From assembly GCF_036321535.1 (NCBI RefSeq), contig NC_087436.1, forward strand, positions 82,586,001-82,646,000: 60,000 nt of DNA, written 5' to 3'. Positions 1 through 13,122 of this stretch are shown here, one piece after another. The notes under the pieces are model-generated. The model ran no database searches, was not told where the DNA came from, and saw only the letters and a list, made by a program, of their open reading frames with translations. A program made the position numbers and the translations under genes. Each line of letters starts with the position of its first letter. The stretch's first letter is position 1. The stretch is from Camelus dromedarius (Eukaryota).

Positions 1-1604
1 TCTGGACATTGTGCTAAACTTAACTAAAATAGCAATGTTTGTGTACAGTTATGTATCAACTGAATAAAAATAACAAGCAGTCAGGAGGAAATGAGATGAA
101 TAATGTTCTGGAGTTTCCAGACATATCACTATTCATTTCATTTCTGTCATCACTATTTATTATTTTTACTTAGTTGATAAGTGAAACTGCATGAGAGGCT
201 ATTGGGGATTAAACTCCAAAGGACCTGGAAAGGAAATCCCAGTACTCCAGTTGCTAAATGGCTGTTCAAAAATTCTCTGAGAGAAAAAAGGCAAGATTCG
301 TTAATAACATGTACCTATTCTTTTCCAAAATGTAGAAAGCAGCATTGCTTGATTGGATAATAAGTATATGAAACAGATTGTTGTGCTTTGCTGGATCTTG
401 TTGAATGGACAGAAATATAAACTTAAATGTTTCCTGAGAGGAGTGTCCTTTAAAAAAAAAGTCATAGTTAACAATAGTTATAACCATGAAAGTTTAGCTG
501 AATAAGTTGTGGAGTGAAAAAAGCTGGTACCCATGAGAAAGGGGAGAATTAAAAAAGAAAGATTTCTGCTGAGTTGGACGTAGTGATCATTTCTATTCAG
601 TGTACTTAGGCTCTGGGCCAGAGGAGAGCTTGGATACAATGCCAAGATGACATATTTAACCTCTTTTCAGATTAAAGGCAGTTCAAAAGAGATACTCTCT
701 CTGCACTACCTCTTGGCTATGGTATCAACAGCATTGATCTGCAGTTAAAAACGTGGTTTTCTCCTGCAGGGTGACCCCTAATATCTAAAAGAAATGAGGG
801 AGCATGACTTGCATTATTGTTTTGTTTTAGAAGATAGAGCCAGACACGAAGATACCTTAAAGATACAGGAGTTATCATAATTTTTTAGCTCTTTGATTCC
901 CCTCCTCCTTTTCCCCTTCCTAAATAAGGTATCATTAGGAATTAGAAATTGTGTGTGTGTGTGTGCATCTTAAAAATGATCGAAGGAGATAAGAAACAAT
1001 GAGTCGTAAAACTGTAAAAGGGCATCAGGAAAAAATTATAGCCACAATAACTAAAAAATAATCAATGAAGAATGTAGTATTATAGGGATTTTCTTACCTC
1101 TTGGAAAAGCAAAATATTCCATTTCTACATTGCTGTTAGGTACAGACTGGGAAAATGATGGTGATTGACTAACTTCGGATAATTTAAACATGGAAAACAC
1201 TCAAGTTACTTTAATCTGAAAGATTTTTTTTAAAAAGCTATCTGCCCTTTGATTTATTTAATATATTTAGTAAAGTGTTTCTATAAAATACATTTCCAGA
1301 TTTCAGACTTCACCAAGATTTGAATGCTAGTCTGACCAACCATAGTTCTGCATTTGTCTTCTTGGTTTACACTAAAACCATTACTTATTAGTACCTACTA
1401 TTTAATCTTGGAGAAGAAAAGGAAGCATGAATTCAGTTGTTAAAATTCCCTCTTAAGTAGGTTTTCTGTAAATCATGCAAAAGGGTTTTTTGGGGGTAAA
1501 AAAATGGCTTTGTATTAGGTAAAAATATTAGACATCTTTATCAGATCACGCAAATCGTATTAACAAATGCAATTAGATGATACAGTAAACTTATTAAAAT
1601 TTAC
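1..1604 (-). other. SPARCL1: 5' part of SPARCL1 intron 1
   Basis: Begins at the donor GAAG|GTAAAT (minus, 1605/1604). No SPARCL1 signal-peptide exon is seen in 1-1604, consistent with a long first intron. Confidence 0.75.
950..965. repeat. short (TG)n microsatellite
   Basis: tgtgtgtgtgtgtgtg. Confidence 0.9.
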
Positions 1605-1940
1605 CTTCAGGTAGGTAGCTGGACCCAGAGCCTTGGCAGAAAATTGAAGTTGAGTCCTCTCTTTGCACACAGCCTGGAAATAAAAGTTTGACAAATATCC
1701 AATACTCTTCAAATCTCTTTCCTCGTTAGCTCTGCTTCTTTGCCCAGAAACACATTCAAGTCTATTGGAGTTGAAATTCTGCTGCTCTGTCAACTAGTCA
1801 GGGTCTGAGGTGACAGACAAATTTGGAGGTTGGCACTGGGACGTGTTTCAGACTGTCATCGTTTTTGTTGCAGATTCCTGCAGTTCCCAGCGGGCTCGCC
1901 TCTCACTCCGAGGGCGGCGAGTGCGCGATGAGCTTTACAG
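1605..1940 (-). other. SPARCL1: SPARCL1 (hevin) exon 1, non-coding 5'UTR; TSS approximate
   Basis: Minus strand reads GGAATCTGCAACAAAAACGATGACAGTCTGAAAC...CTAGTTGACAGAGCAGCAGAATTTCAACTCC...GGCAAAGAAGCAGAGCTAACGAGGAAAG...GGCTCTGGGTCCAGC...GAAG|gtaaat. This closely matches my recollection of the human SPARCL1 5'UTR and ends at a canonical GT donor. Confidence 0.85.
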
Positions 1941-2300
1941 GCGGTGCAGACCTGCAGGCAAAGAGCTCACTCTGCTCGAGAGAATGGGGTTAACAGTCCT
2001 CCCCTCCAGCTCTTGTTCCCAGAGGCTCAGAACTTGGCCAGAATATAAGCACTTGGCTCCTTACGCTTTTTTTTTTCTCCTTCCCTTCTCTCTCTCTTCT
2101 CAAACAACTCTAAAAGATTTTTAAATGCAAGATCCTTTAGGGGGGTATTTTTATTTCAAGACTTTGAAAAGAAACTCCATGCTGTGGTTTCTTCCTAAAG
2201 GAAATTGGGGGTGGGGGTTAAGGAAGGGGAGTAGAATAATTGCAGCAGATGCATTTTTACATTGCTTATGTAAAAATTGTTCTCACGAATACGCCTGAAT
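1900..2300 (-). promoter_or_regulatory. SPARCL1: SPARCL1 proximal promoter region
   Basis: Repeat-free, locally CpG-containing stretch (1891-1980) at the 5' end of exon 1. TATA-like CTTATATT on minus at ~2043-2050. Position inferred from the exon. Confidence 0.5.
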
Positions 2301-2569
2301 CTGATCATAGCAGGGTACTGCAGATACTTTAACCTTTCTTTAAATGACCTTCAGAAATGCACATTGATATGAAGCACCTCTCCTTCCTAGTATAGGTCCC
2401 TTGTCTGCCGATTCAGAAATGGTGCAGTTCACAGGCTATTCTTCCCCCAACACAACTCCATACCGTAACCCTCTATGTAACGATTGGTCTGTAAGAGTTT
2501 TCCCATGAAACAGACTTGGCGTTCTGGTTATTTATATATGTGTCTAAGCTCTTCCACCGCTACTTCTAC

Positions 2570-2870
2570 ATTTATTGCACGTTTATGATGTGTCAGACAC
2601 TGGCTAACAGTGTTTTATGCACCCATTTCAGTTACTCCTCGCAAGTCTACGTGAGGTGAGTGTTCCTCCCATTTGATGATGGTGTAGTTTAGTGGGAAGA
2701 TCTCCATGTTTGTGGCCATACAGCTTGGGTTTGCATTTTGGTCCCTGACTGTATAAGACTTGGGACAAGTTATGTAATGTCTCTAAGCTTCAGAATCCTT
2801 ATCTATAAGATGGGGATGCAGATATGGGGATAATAACGGTATCTATCTCAGGTGGTTCTGAGCTTCAAGT
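2570..2870. mobile_element. two adjacent MIR SINE fragments in opposite orientation
   Basis: MIR core-like text: ttgggacaagttatgtaatgtctctaagcttcag...tatctataagatgggg. Confidence 0.65.
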
Positions 2871-3059
2871 AAGTAAACACCCCCTGCCACCCAGCAGACA
2901 CTCAGATGTTAGTTATTATGATTTGCATGAGAAAAACAGAGCTTGGTAAAGCTGAGTGCTTTTTCCAGGATCTCCAGCTCCTAAGATTTGGAGCAGGAGT
3001 CCTACCCAGCTACCTTGGCTGACTGGTGCGCTTGTGTTTCTCCAGGTTATACCACCTCC

Positions 3060-3160
3060 TTCTGAGTGAGCTGTGAGCTCCTTGAGGGTGGGGACGTGCC
3101 CCCTCTGTATTCTCCATGTGCCTAGCACAGTGCTATGCGTACTGTAAGTGTTTACATTAG
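3060..3160 (+). mobile_element. L2 LINE 3' end fragment
   Basis: gctgtgagctccttgagggtggggac...gtgcctagcacagtgc. Confidence 0.7.
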
Positions 3161-3334
3161 ATAAAGGGTTATGACTTAATTTAACTTAGATTTTTCTATA
3201 TTTATGCCAAAGTCAGGCCAAAAGCAAAATATTAACAAAAATAAAGAAAACCCCCACCTATAGCTGTAGGCAAATATGTCTTCAGACAGTTGTCTCCAAG
3301 CACTTTAGAAACATTTGTCCTATTTATTTTTCAG

Positions 3335-3480
3335 AATAGCACAAGAGAAAGGTAACAATAATTATCTCTGTTTTACAGCTGGGGAAATTTGGGAGCAGAG
3401 GAAATTGGGCAATTTGCCTAGGAACTGAAAGCTAGTCACGGTGCAGCTGGGAATGGTCTCAACATCTCTAGAATCAGAAT
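3335..3480 (-). mobile_element. MIR fragment
   Basis: attatctctgttttacagctggggaaa...aatttgcctagg...gcagctggga. Confidence 0.6.
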
Positions 3481-4225
3481 TACTTGTTTCAAACTGCCTT
3501 TCCAGGCACAGGATGAAGTGACGTGATGTCCTTTTGCCTCAGACAATGGGATGTTTTTCCTTAGCTGAGGTCTAGGGCGTGAGCAGTCTCCTCTGAGTGA
3601 GGATCAGAGGGGTAGGCTGTGTTTGACTTTGCTTTTCCTCTGCCTCCGTGCACATCTGGGTCTCAGAAGTGTGGGGGACACAGGCACCATTTCTCTAATG
3701 GGTCCTGAGGGCCACAGGTACGGTGGGACTATTGCAGGTTGTGTAGGACAAGCATTTCTGAAGATTTTGCCCAAGTTGGCTAAAGGGAAATTTGTCTGGG
3801 ACCAAAAATGTGATCTTCTTCTAACAACATTCCCCATTTATTCGACATAGCTTTGTGAGATTGGATTCAGGTAATTACATCATTTCAATGAGAATGTAGA
3901 GAAAGTTGTAGCTAGGGATCTAAGGAAGAATGGTTGGACCCACAAAAATATTTTTTCTAATACTAAAATTGATATTTTATGTTTTTTACAAAGTGATCAT
4001 GATAAAATTTCTTACAGAAATCTATGTTAACATAAAAAGTAACTTGGTTAAAGCCAACTGGACTTACCTTTCAAATGTAAATACGTACCTAGAGAGTTCA
4101 TTTGTATGTGGTAAAGCTTGAGAGTTTTGACTCAGTTATACAGGATTTTTGCTCTGGGTCTTACTAATCTGTAACATGATTAAAAAGATTCACTGTATTT
4201 CTTACAACTAGATAACAGAGAACAG

Positions 4226-4229
<4 letters not shown>

Positions 4230-4258
<29 letters not shown>
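4230..4258. repeat. (TG)n microsatellite
   Basis: about 14 TG units. Confidence 0.95.
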
Positions 4259-4261
<3 letters not shown>

Positions 4262-5005
4262 AATAAAAAGACCTTGAATCCACAAGTTCTTTTAAGTATG
4301 ACTTTATTTTGGGAATGTTTATGGGCAGATATCCAAACTTTTGTTTCTGAATCTGTCATTTCTAAAATAGTTTATAGCTTATGAAACTAAGGACAATAAA
4401 CCTACACCAATAGCCACCTAACAGATGGAACTGTAGGACAGATTTAGTAACTTATCCACTATCTAAATATGATGGGAGAAGTTTGATAAATAAGGAGGCT
4501 ATTACATTCCTGCATGTGAACTGAATCATGTAACACCAGCGTTGGTCAGAAGGGTCTAACAAAAGCCAACATCAAAGTTGAAGTGTTTTTTTCAATCTTT
4601 GAGTGCCAAGATTCCCTTTGAGAATCTGATGAAAGCTTTGGGCAAGTTCCTAAAGTTCATCCATGAACCTCCCCTCCCCGAGGGGTTCCATGAGGTTAAA
4701 AACCACTGATTCAGGTGAGGGACCAGAGAACACATTCATCAGTCCTCAAGCATTGAATGAGCCTTTTGTTATACACAGCACAAATCTCTGGGTGATAGGA
4801 GAGAAAAATCATAGTTCCTGGCTATTTGGAGTCTAAGAGACGAGACATGCACTCATTGTCAGAAGGGGGCATGATTCCCATGGAGTGGTAGAGAGCCCCA
4901 GGTAGGAAGTGAGTATGAGTGAAGGGAAGCTGCAGTGACAACAGGGTGTTGACAGTTATCTTGGCCAGGACCTGGCCTGTAGGACTCTTCTCCTTGCTCA
5001 TGCCA

Positions 5006-5376
5006 TGTGTTAGTTTGCTGGGGCTACCATAGCAAAGTACCACATGCTGGGCAGCTTACATAACAGAAAATTACTTTCTCAAGTTCTGGAGGCTAGAAGT
5101 CCAAGACCAAGGTGCTCTCTGGGTCGGTTTCTCCTGAGGCTTTTCTCCTTAGCTTGCAGATGTCTGTCTTCTCACCGTGTCCTCTCATGGCCTTTTTTCT
5201 TGGCTCATTCACCCCTGGTGTCTCTTCCTCTTTTTGTAAGGACACTAGACCTATTGAATGATCTCATTTAATCTTAGTTACCTCTTTAAAGGCTCTATCT
5301 ATCTCCTAAACCAGTCACATTGGATTTTAGGACTTCAACATATGAATTTTGAGGGGACAAAGTTCAGTCTGTCACA
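5006..5376 (-). mobile_element. MaLR solo LTR (MLT1A/B-like)
   Basis: tgtgttagtttgct...ttctggaggctagaagtccaag...acttcaacatatgaattttgaggggaca...aca; TG..CA termini. Confidence 0.85.
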
Positions 5377-5929
5377 CCCCATGTATCTTTCAAACTTTGA
5401 CATTTATTTCTCCTTGGGTCTTACTTCTGGGAACCACTCTCATTTCTCAGTCCTGGCTTAGTTCCTGACCTCTTTCTATGCAATTTGCCCCATTCTCCTG
5501 CACTACCATCATATCCTGGCACTGAGCCGTTTCAGATCTCTCAGCTCTGTATTGGCTATCAACCCATTGAGTCAATTTCCAACTACAGATTCTTATAGGA
5601 GTTTACTCTAGCCAGCCTTCCCCAGCCCATAGTTCTGCGGGATTAGTCATACTCCCTATTAGGTCTTAAGCAGAGGCTTGACTCATAGAAGTCATTAATA
5701 AGTAGGAGAGTTGCAAATATGCATCATATTTGCTAAATAGAATGTGATGAGTGTGCTTAACTGAAATTTTTCTCATTGTAACTTTCAAAGCAAAAGAAAT
5801 AGAAAAGGAAAGACTCGTTAGGGCTAGGTGAATTTTGTATGCCAGGCTAGTTGGACCTTTATTCATTAGGTGAAAGGGAACTCTGGAAGGTTAGAAAGAG
5901 TAGGAAGGAAACAACATAAAATACTGCAT

Positions 5930-6245
5930 CTATCAGGATGCATTATGCTGCAATGACAAAGAACCCCAAAACACCAGGGACTTACAACAAAGGTTGCTTT
6001 TTCATTCATGCTCCATGTTTATTGTAGTCGACGGCAATTCTGCTATACATTGTCTTCGCTCTGGGATCTAGGCTCAACCCCATGTTCCCTCGGCTGGAGA
6101 TGAAAATGGCAAACTATGCTTAGTTCTTCAAGCTCCTGCCCAAGTGTGACACACATCACTTCTGCCCACATTTCATTGGCCAAGGCAGGTCATGTGGCCA
6201 CACTGAGTTCAGCGGGGTCGGGAAGTATAATCCTCCTACAGAGAA
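5930..6245 (-). mobile_element. old MaLR LTR fragment (MLT1J/K/L-like)
   Basis: catcacttctgcccacatttcattggccaaggcaggtcatgtggcc...gggaagtataatcctcct. Confidence 0.65.
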
Positions 6246-6554
6246 GAGAAACCATAGGCAAAAGAACGAGAAAATAGATTCTACTCTCGAAGGGATGGAT
6301 AGAACAGCCTGTGGGAAAAAAGTACTAGAAGAAAGGGAAAGAGGAAAATGAAAGGGGCAGAAGCAAAGTTTTTTTAAAAAATGTGGAGGATAAAAAGATG
6401 AGCGGGCAGAAGAGAGAGGAAGTAGGGTAAAAATAAGAGGTAGCTCTATAGAAGATACAAATAAATAACTAAGAAAACTGACAACAGAAATATAAGGGGT
6501 TAGATTAGGTTAGAGCAATGCCAATCAAGTGCTTCTATACAGATGTAAGAGTTA

Positions 6555-9291
6555 TGTGTTAGTTTCCTAGAGTTGTCATAACAAATTACCATACACTGGG
6601 TGGCTTAAAACAATGGAACTTTATTTTCTCAAAGTTCTGGAGGATAAAAGTCTGAAATTAAGGTAGGCACATGCTCCTTAAGAAGGCTTAGGGAAGAATC
6701 CTTCCTTGCCTCTTCCTAGCTTCTGGTGGCTCCTAGAAGTTCTTGGCATTCTTTGATTCGTAGCAGCATCATATCAAACTCTGCATCTATCTTCAAGTGT
6801 CCTTCTTCCCCTGTGTGCCTCCTCTGAGTCTTTGTGCCCTCTCCACTTCTTGTAAGGACACCAGTTATTGAATTTAGGTCTGCTCTAATCCAGTATGGTC
6901 TCACCTTATTCTGCAAAGACTGTTTTCAAATAAGTCACATTCACAGGTACCAGGGATTGAGACTTGAACATATGAATTGAAGGGACAAAATTCAACTCAC
7001 TGCAGTTTACTCTCCACCTCCCTTGCCCAAAATTCATGATTTTCTCGCATGCAAAATACATTCAGCTTGTCCCAACATTCTTAACCCATTCCAAATGTGT
7101 TAATCCATTCCAGCATCAACTCTAACTCCCAAATCTCCTGAGTCATTAACTCAGAAGTTCCAAATCTCATCATCTGAATAATCTAAATCAGGTAGAGGTG
7201 AGACTCTGGGTATGATTGATCCTGGGGCAAAACTCCCATCCATCAGTGCACCTATGAAACTAATAAACAAGTCATCTTCTTCCAAAATATAAATGGAAGG
7301 ACAGGCATAGGATAGACATTTCCATTCTGAAAGGGAGAAAATGGAATAAAGAGGTCACTTGATCCAAGCAAATTCAAAACTCACCAGGGTAAATTCTATT
7401 AGATTTCAAGTCCTGAGAATAATCCTCTATGGCCCAGTGCTCTTCCTTCTGGCCAACAGAGGTTCCTTTTGGGCCTGTGGAGGTTCCACCAGCCCCTGAC
7501 CCACCTTTGGAGTTATATTACTTTGGTAGCCCTACCTACAATAAAATGCCACAGACTGGATGGTTTAAGCAATAAGAATCTATTTTCTCACAGTTCTGGA
7601 GGCTAAAAGTCCAAAATCAAGGTGTCAGCAGTGTTGATTTCTTCTGAGGCCTCTCTCCTTGGCTTGTAGATGACTATCTTTACACAGTCTTCCCTCTGTG
7701 TATGTCTGTGTCTTAATCTCTTCTTAACAGCACAGCAGTCATATTGGATCAAGGCCCACCCATATGACCTCATTTTGCCTTTATGACTTTAAAGGCCCTA
7801 TCTCCAAATATAGTCACATTCTGAGATACTAGGGGTCAGGACTTTAACATATGAATTTGGAGGATGGCACAATTCAGCTCATAATGGGAGTCATTTTTCC
7901 TTTTTCTTCAAGGATAACACCTGTTTGTAGCCATGTAGAATTTTGGAAGTCTGACAACTTTCATTACATCCTACCTCTGTGTCTTTCAGCCCAGGGTGGA
8001 AATATTTCTGCTGCTATAACATTCTCAAGAACTTTGTTGGTCTCCTGTGAAATCTATGGTGGTTCAAACCATCAGACAAGAGGGTCCTCTACAGATATTT
8101 TCTGGACAAATTCATCCTTATTCCTGGCTTCTGCTGAGAAAGTTGACTGGATCCATGGGTCACATTCACATGCCTAGTTTCTGTAGCAAAATGTTGTCTA
8201 GCTATATACTTAATGTTCTTTCCAGAGCATGCTTTGTCATCTTTTGCTATCTGGAGGCTGGGAATTTTCAAAATCATCAAGTCCTGGTTCTTTTTTGCTT
8301 AACAGTTTCTTCCTCCATTTATGTCTTTCTTCTCACATCTCATCATAAGCAGCAAGGGGAAACCAGGCCACACTGTCTATACTCTTTTGGAAATCTTAGC
8401 TCAGTGTCTAAGCTCATCAGTTACAAGATCTCATTTCTGCCCAACAGCAGAAGACAATTCAGCAAAGTTCCTGCCACTTTAAACAAGAGTCTTTATTTCT
8501 TTAGTGTCCAATAACATGTTCACCATTTCCTACTGAGACCTCACCAGAATTACCTGTAACATTTACATTTCTACCAACATTCTCTTCATGATATATGTAT
8601 TCTCTAAGATAATGGAAGATTTCTCTATAGTTCTCCTTCTTTCTAAGCCCTTACCGGAATCTCCTTTAAGGTCCATATTTCTACCAACAACCCCTTCAAA
8701 GCAGTCTAGACCTTTTCTATTATGTCCTCAGAATTCTTCTAATCACTGTTCATTACTCATTACTCATTTCCAAAACCATGCCAACATTTTTAGAAATCTG
8801 GTATGGTAGAACCCCATTCTCAGTAACAAAACTTCTATTAGTATCCAATAGTTGCCATAACAAATTACCAAAAATTGGGTGGCTTAAGAAAGTGGAACTT
8901 TATTATCTCAAAGTTCCGGAGGCTAGAACTCTGAAATCAGCAGGCATGGGCTCCTTAAGAAGGCTTTAGGGAAAAATTCTTCCTTACCTCTTCCTAGCTT
9001 CTGGTAGCTTCCTACAATCTTTGGCATTCCTTGGTTTGTAGCTGTATCATTCCAGTCTCTACCTCTGTCTTCCCATGGCCTTCTTCCCCTGCTTGTCTCC
9101 TCTGAATCTCTGTGTGTCCTGTTTTCTTATAAGAACACCAATCGTTGGATCTAAGGCCCATCCTAATCCAGTATAACTTCATCTTAATCACATCTGCAAA
9201 GACTCCATCTCCAAGTAAGTTTCAATTCACAGGCTCCCAGAAGTTGAGACTTGAACATACCTTTTTGAGGGACACAATTCAACTCATCACA
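6555..9291 (-). mobile_element. two-LTR MaLR provirus (MLT1C-like): LTR 6555-7004, internal 7005-8834, LTR 8835-9291
   Basis: Two homologous ~450-bp direct repeats (e.g. ctccttaagaaggctt..ttcctagcttctggt at ~6675 and ~8951) flank MLT-internal-like sequence. Confidence 0.85.
7514..7886 (-). mobile_element. MLT1A-like solo LTR nested in the MaLR internal region
   Basis: Homologous to the 5006-5376 LTR; flanked by 5-bp TSD GGAGT (7509-7513 and 7887-7891). Confidence 0.85.
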
Positions 9292-11159
9292 AATTTGCAA
9301 ATTTGACTCTAAATTTCTGGTTGATCAAAGGAATGAAGAAAATATGATTAGTGGTAGAATTCATAATGTAAAAAAATTTCAGAAAAAACATATAAGACAC
9401 TATGTAAAGCAGCATCCTTTCATCCTTGCAATGTCACATCTGCTGTGTTCTATAGCATCCCTAAGGTGGATAGATAACGGAAAAAGGCAAAAGTCCAATC
9501 AAGTAAAAGAAATTCTATGAGATAGTAACAAACAAAGATAATTTAGTTTTTATTCTTCAGTGTTGACATCAGTAAAACTCCAAAAAAGAGTAACTGCTAT
9601 TTGTGATTAAATTCTGATCTCTGTTTGGTGGGTTCAATTTGAGCCTAGTTTTACACACTACTGAATAAATTTGAACATGTATGAAGGATAAGTCGGGCAG
9701 GTCCTCCCAGAGGAGCCAAGAACTTCTTGGGAAGACTCATTCTAAGGGAACAGGAAGCCAGGCAGATAAGATTAGCTCTATAATATAGCCAGTGGAGTGG
9801 TGGAATAGTTTATTTCCCTTAGATTTGACCCTAGCCCTGTCCTCAGTGGACTCAAGTGCACTCTGGAAAGAGGGGGACTCAAAGTTTAAATGGAACAAGC
9901 CATTTAATCAAATTTCTTGAAAAAAACCAGGGCATAAGCAGCCCTGTTTGCATATCCTTGTGACTCAGAGCAATGAAAGGCATCGCCAGCTTTGGTGTAT
10001 GGATGACTCCAGAGCACACAGAGCTACTTTGCATCTTAGTGGCTCCAGCCACAGGCAACAGGGCATCATGTAGACCCTTGGGGTGATGGTAATAGTGGTG
10101 TTGGCTGGCAGTGACAGTGCTCAGCAGAGGCAGAGTGCCTGGTGAGTTTGGTGACATTAGGTAGTAATCATTGTGCCAATTAGAGGTAGTAGTGTCTGGC
10201 AAACAGTGGAAGCCAACAGGAGGGGGTGAGGGCTGGTGAGAGGTGACCCAGTCACGGGCCTCAGAGCAGGGCTGACTTCACGTAGCTTCCCAGGCAGTGG
10301 ATAACTCCAAAGGAGCCTGGTGAGAGATTACAAAATTAGAGATGTGATAATTGGGAATCTAGGAACACAGGAGAAGTCTTTGAGGGCTTCAGGAAAACAA
10401 TGATTGGGTATAACTTTGATGTGGAGGGCTGAGTTTAAAGAGTAAAGTTGCAAGTCAAAGAACGAAAGCTGCAGTGGCCTGAGAAAGGAAATAGGAGATT
10501 TTAATAAGTATTTTTTTCTTTTGTAATTGGTTAAGGTTATTCTCAGTTTAATCAAAATCTACAGCTGTTTTTATATGGTCCAGTTCATGATGGTATTTTT
10601 GCACCTGTGTGTGAGCAGATTTTCATGTAGTAATTAAGAGTTCTGTCTCTTTTTTTTGTGTTTGTTCTTGTAGTTCTTCATCTCAAAAGCAAGAAGTCTT
10701 TTTTCTTTTCTTTTTTTTTTTTGTCTTCTTATAAGTTTTAATCACTATTGAAAGATTCTAGAATAACTTAGTCTGATGGTGTTTGATTATGAATATGGAC
10801 TGTCAAATCCATTACTAAGGTGCAAGACACATGTCTGAGTCCACAAAGTTACCTATAGATACATATATCCAGTGCTTTGCTTCAGAATTAAATTCTATAT
10901 TGGTAAATTCTAAATCGAAGGACATTAGAAGTTGAAATTCAATGCCTGCCACTTTCTTGTACCTTCAGTCTTTTGTGCCTACCCCCCGTCAGATGCCAGA
11001 TTATCAAAAGACATCAAAAAGGCCTTATAGGATATTGCTAATCACTGATGCGATTAAATATTACCAGAAACAAACTCTGCTATCTCTCAATCTGAATTAC
11101 ACCAATCAAGCCTTCAGAGGATGGAGAACGTGTTTGTAATCCTTCTTCTTGGGTGAAGT

Positions 11160-11385
11160 ATAGTAGGGAACTGATGAGTCAGACAGACCTGGATTCAAGT
11201 CCCAGCTTTGAGCTTTCTAGTTGTGTGACCTTGAGCAAGTTACTTAACCTCTCTGTGTCTTTTAGTCCTCATCTATCAAATAAGAGTGATAATAATACCT
11301 ACTTCATAGAGTAATTTTGAGGGGAAGAAATGATGTTTGCATAATGCTTTGTCCAATGCATGACTGGATTAGAGCTCAATAAATA
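11160..11385 (+). mobile_element. MIR SINE
   Basis: gagtcagacagacctggattcaagtcccagct...tgtgtgaccttgagcaagttacttaacctctctgtg. Confidence 0.85.
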
Positions 11386-13122
11386 ATAATAATAAAATAA
11401 ATGAGTAATAATAAAGATAATGATGATGATGATGAAGCCACCAGTAAGGAAGCCAGATGTTGCTGGAGAATGTCATGGAGCCTTCTGTAATACGCCTCCT
11501 CTTTTCACATAAACTGCTAATAAACCCTGTAAGGGATAATGAATTTCAAGCAGAGGGATGAAACACATCCTTTCAGTGAAGCTCTGCAAACACAGCAGCT
11601 GCTCACATCAATCCCTGGAGTCCTATGTTGTCGTCTCTTCTCAGACAGAACCCTCATTGAGTCTGGGAATCTGGGTTGTCTCTGCACTCGCAGGGTGAGC
11701 TACATAGCCGTTCTCGTTCTGACCTCACCTTGGGGCAGACACAGAGCCCAATCTATCACATCGCTCAGTGTTCGGCTCTCTTGTCCAAGTGAGGTGCAGC
11801 TGGACTTTGTATTTCTGTGCATTTAACTTGCAGGATTGTCTTGTTCACCAAGACCGAGGTTTATACCCGGGCCTTTTCACGGGTGAGGTCATTTTGCTGT
11901 TATTAGCCAAAAGCCGCCCTCCTCTAAATCTGTCTGATGTTTTCTTGGCTGTAGCATTAAGTTCCCAGAGCAAGACGTTTTAGACTGAGAAGTACTGTTT
12001 GTGTAATGAAGCAGTCCTATTCTGGAAATCTGTTCCAGTGGTTGTGTTTTCTTCTCGGTTTTGAGCAAGGGCATTTGTACTTTTGTCAATATTTCAGTTG
12101 TGGAACAGCACCCGGTTTGTTATAGAGATTTCACGTGGTCTGGTTGTACAGATGAGCGTTGGTGGTGCTGTGACTGAGGCTCCATCTCTAGCAATTGTGA
12201 AGAAAGCCAAAATAGGACTGGCTAGAGTCTACACTGGCACAACTGGCTGGCAACTCCAATGGAGACAAAATGAATGATCTGAGCAATGCCTGCTCTCGCT
12301 AGTCTAGTATTTCTCAAAAGTTTCTTTTCATTATTACTCTCTCAAGGATTCTTTGAACATTTTTTTTTGTGGTGCCCTCCTACCTCGTGAAACTGTAATA
12401 CAACAGATACACTGTATATGCATCTATGTACTATATCTATAGCTGTGTTTTATATATAAAAAGAATACGATTTTTTGCCTCTCCCAAAAATCAGTTTTGC
12501 CCCCTTGACTAATGAGCCTCACCAATTGACTAAAGCACATCTCATGCTTAAAAATATACAGTTTACTGTGGTATAATCAACTGACTACTGTAATATGTGG
12601 TTGGAGAAATTAAGTCATTTATGTTTTCCCGTTGAACTCTATATAATGTGTATGACTGCATTCATTTCTCTAAAAATTTTTATAAAGAAACAAGGCAGAA
12701 AAACTTTCTGAAAGCATTATAGTTGCTTTTCTGAGAAAGTGTGGTCAAATTTTTCACAATTATAAATTTTTTCCTGTTCTGTTAGCACTTCTTAGGATGT
12801 ATGCTAATAGTTGGTTGAGATTCAGCAAAAACAGCAGGCCCAATCTCTGTTGCACCTGCCTTTCTTCTTCTGTTATTATAAATAATACTGCTATGAACGT
12901 GGGTGTACAAATATCTCTTTGAGACCCTGCTTTCAATTCTTTTGGTAATATGCCCGGAAGGGGAGTTGCTGGATGATATGGTAATTCTATTTTAAATTTT
13001 TTGAGGAGTGGCCATACTGTTTTCCACAGCAGCTGTGCCATTTTACATTCCCAACAATAGGGTAAAAGAATTCCAGATTCCAGTTTCCCCACATCCTCAC
13101 AAACATTTGTCATTTTCTTTTT

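Noticed and set aside
1810..2124. 104-aa plus-strand ORF
   Set aside because: GTG start, antisense to SPARCL1 exon 1 and promoter, no recognisable homology
7851..8969. ORFs of 108 and 155 aa
   Set aside because: Lie antisense within decayed MaLR internal sequence
6550..9296. TSD for the MaLR provirus
   Set aside because: Flanks agtta / aattt match at only 3 of 5 positions, too degenerate to claim
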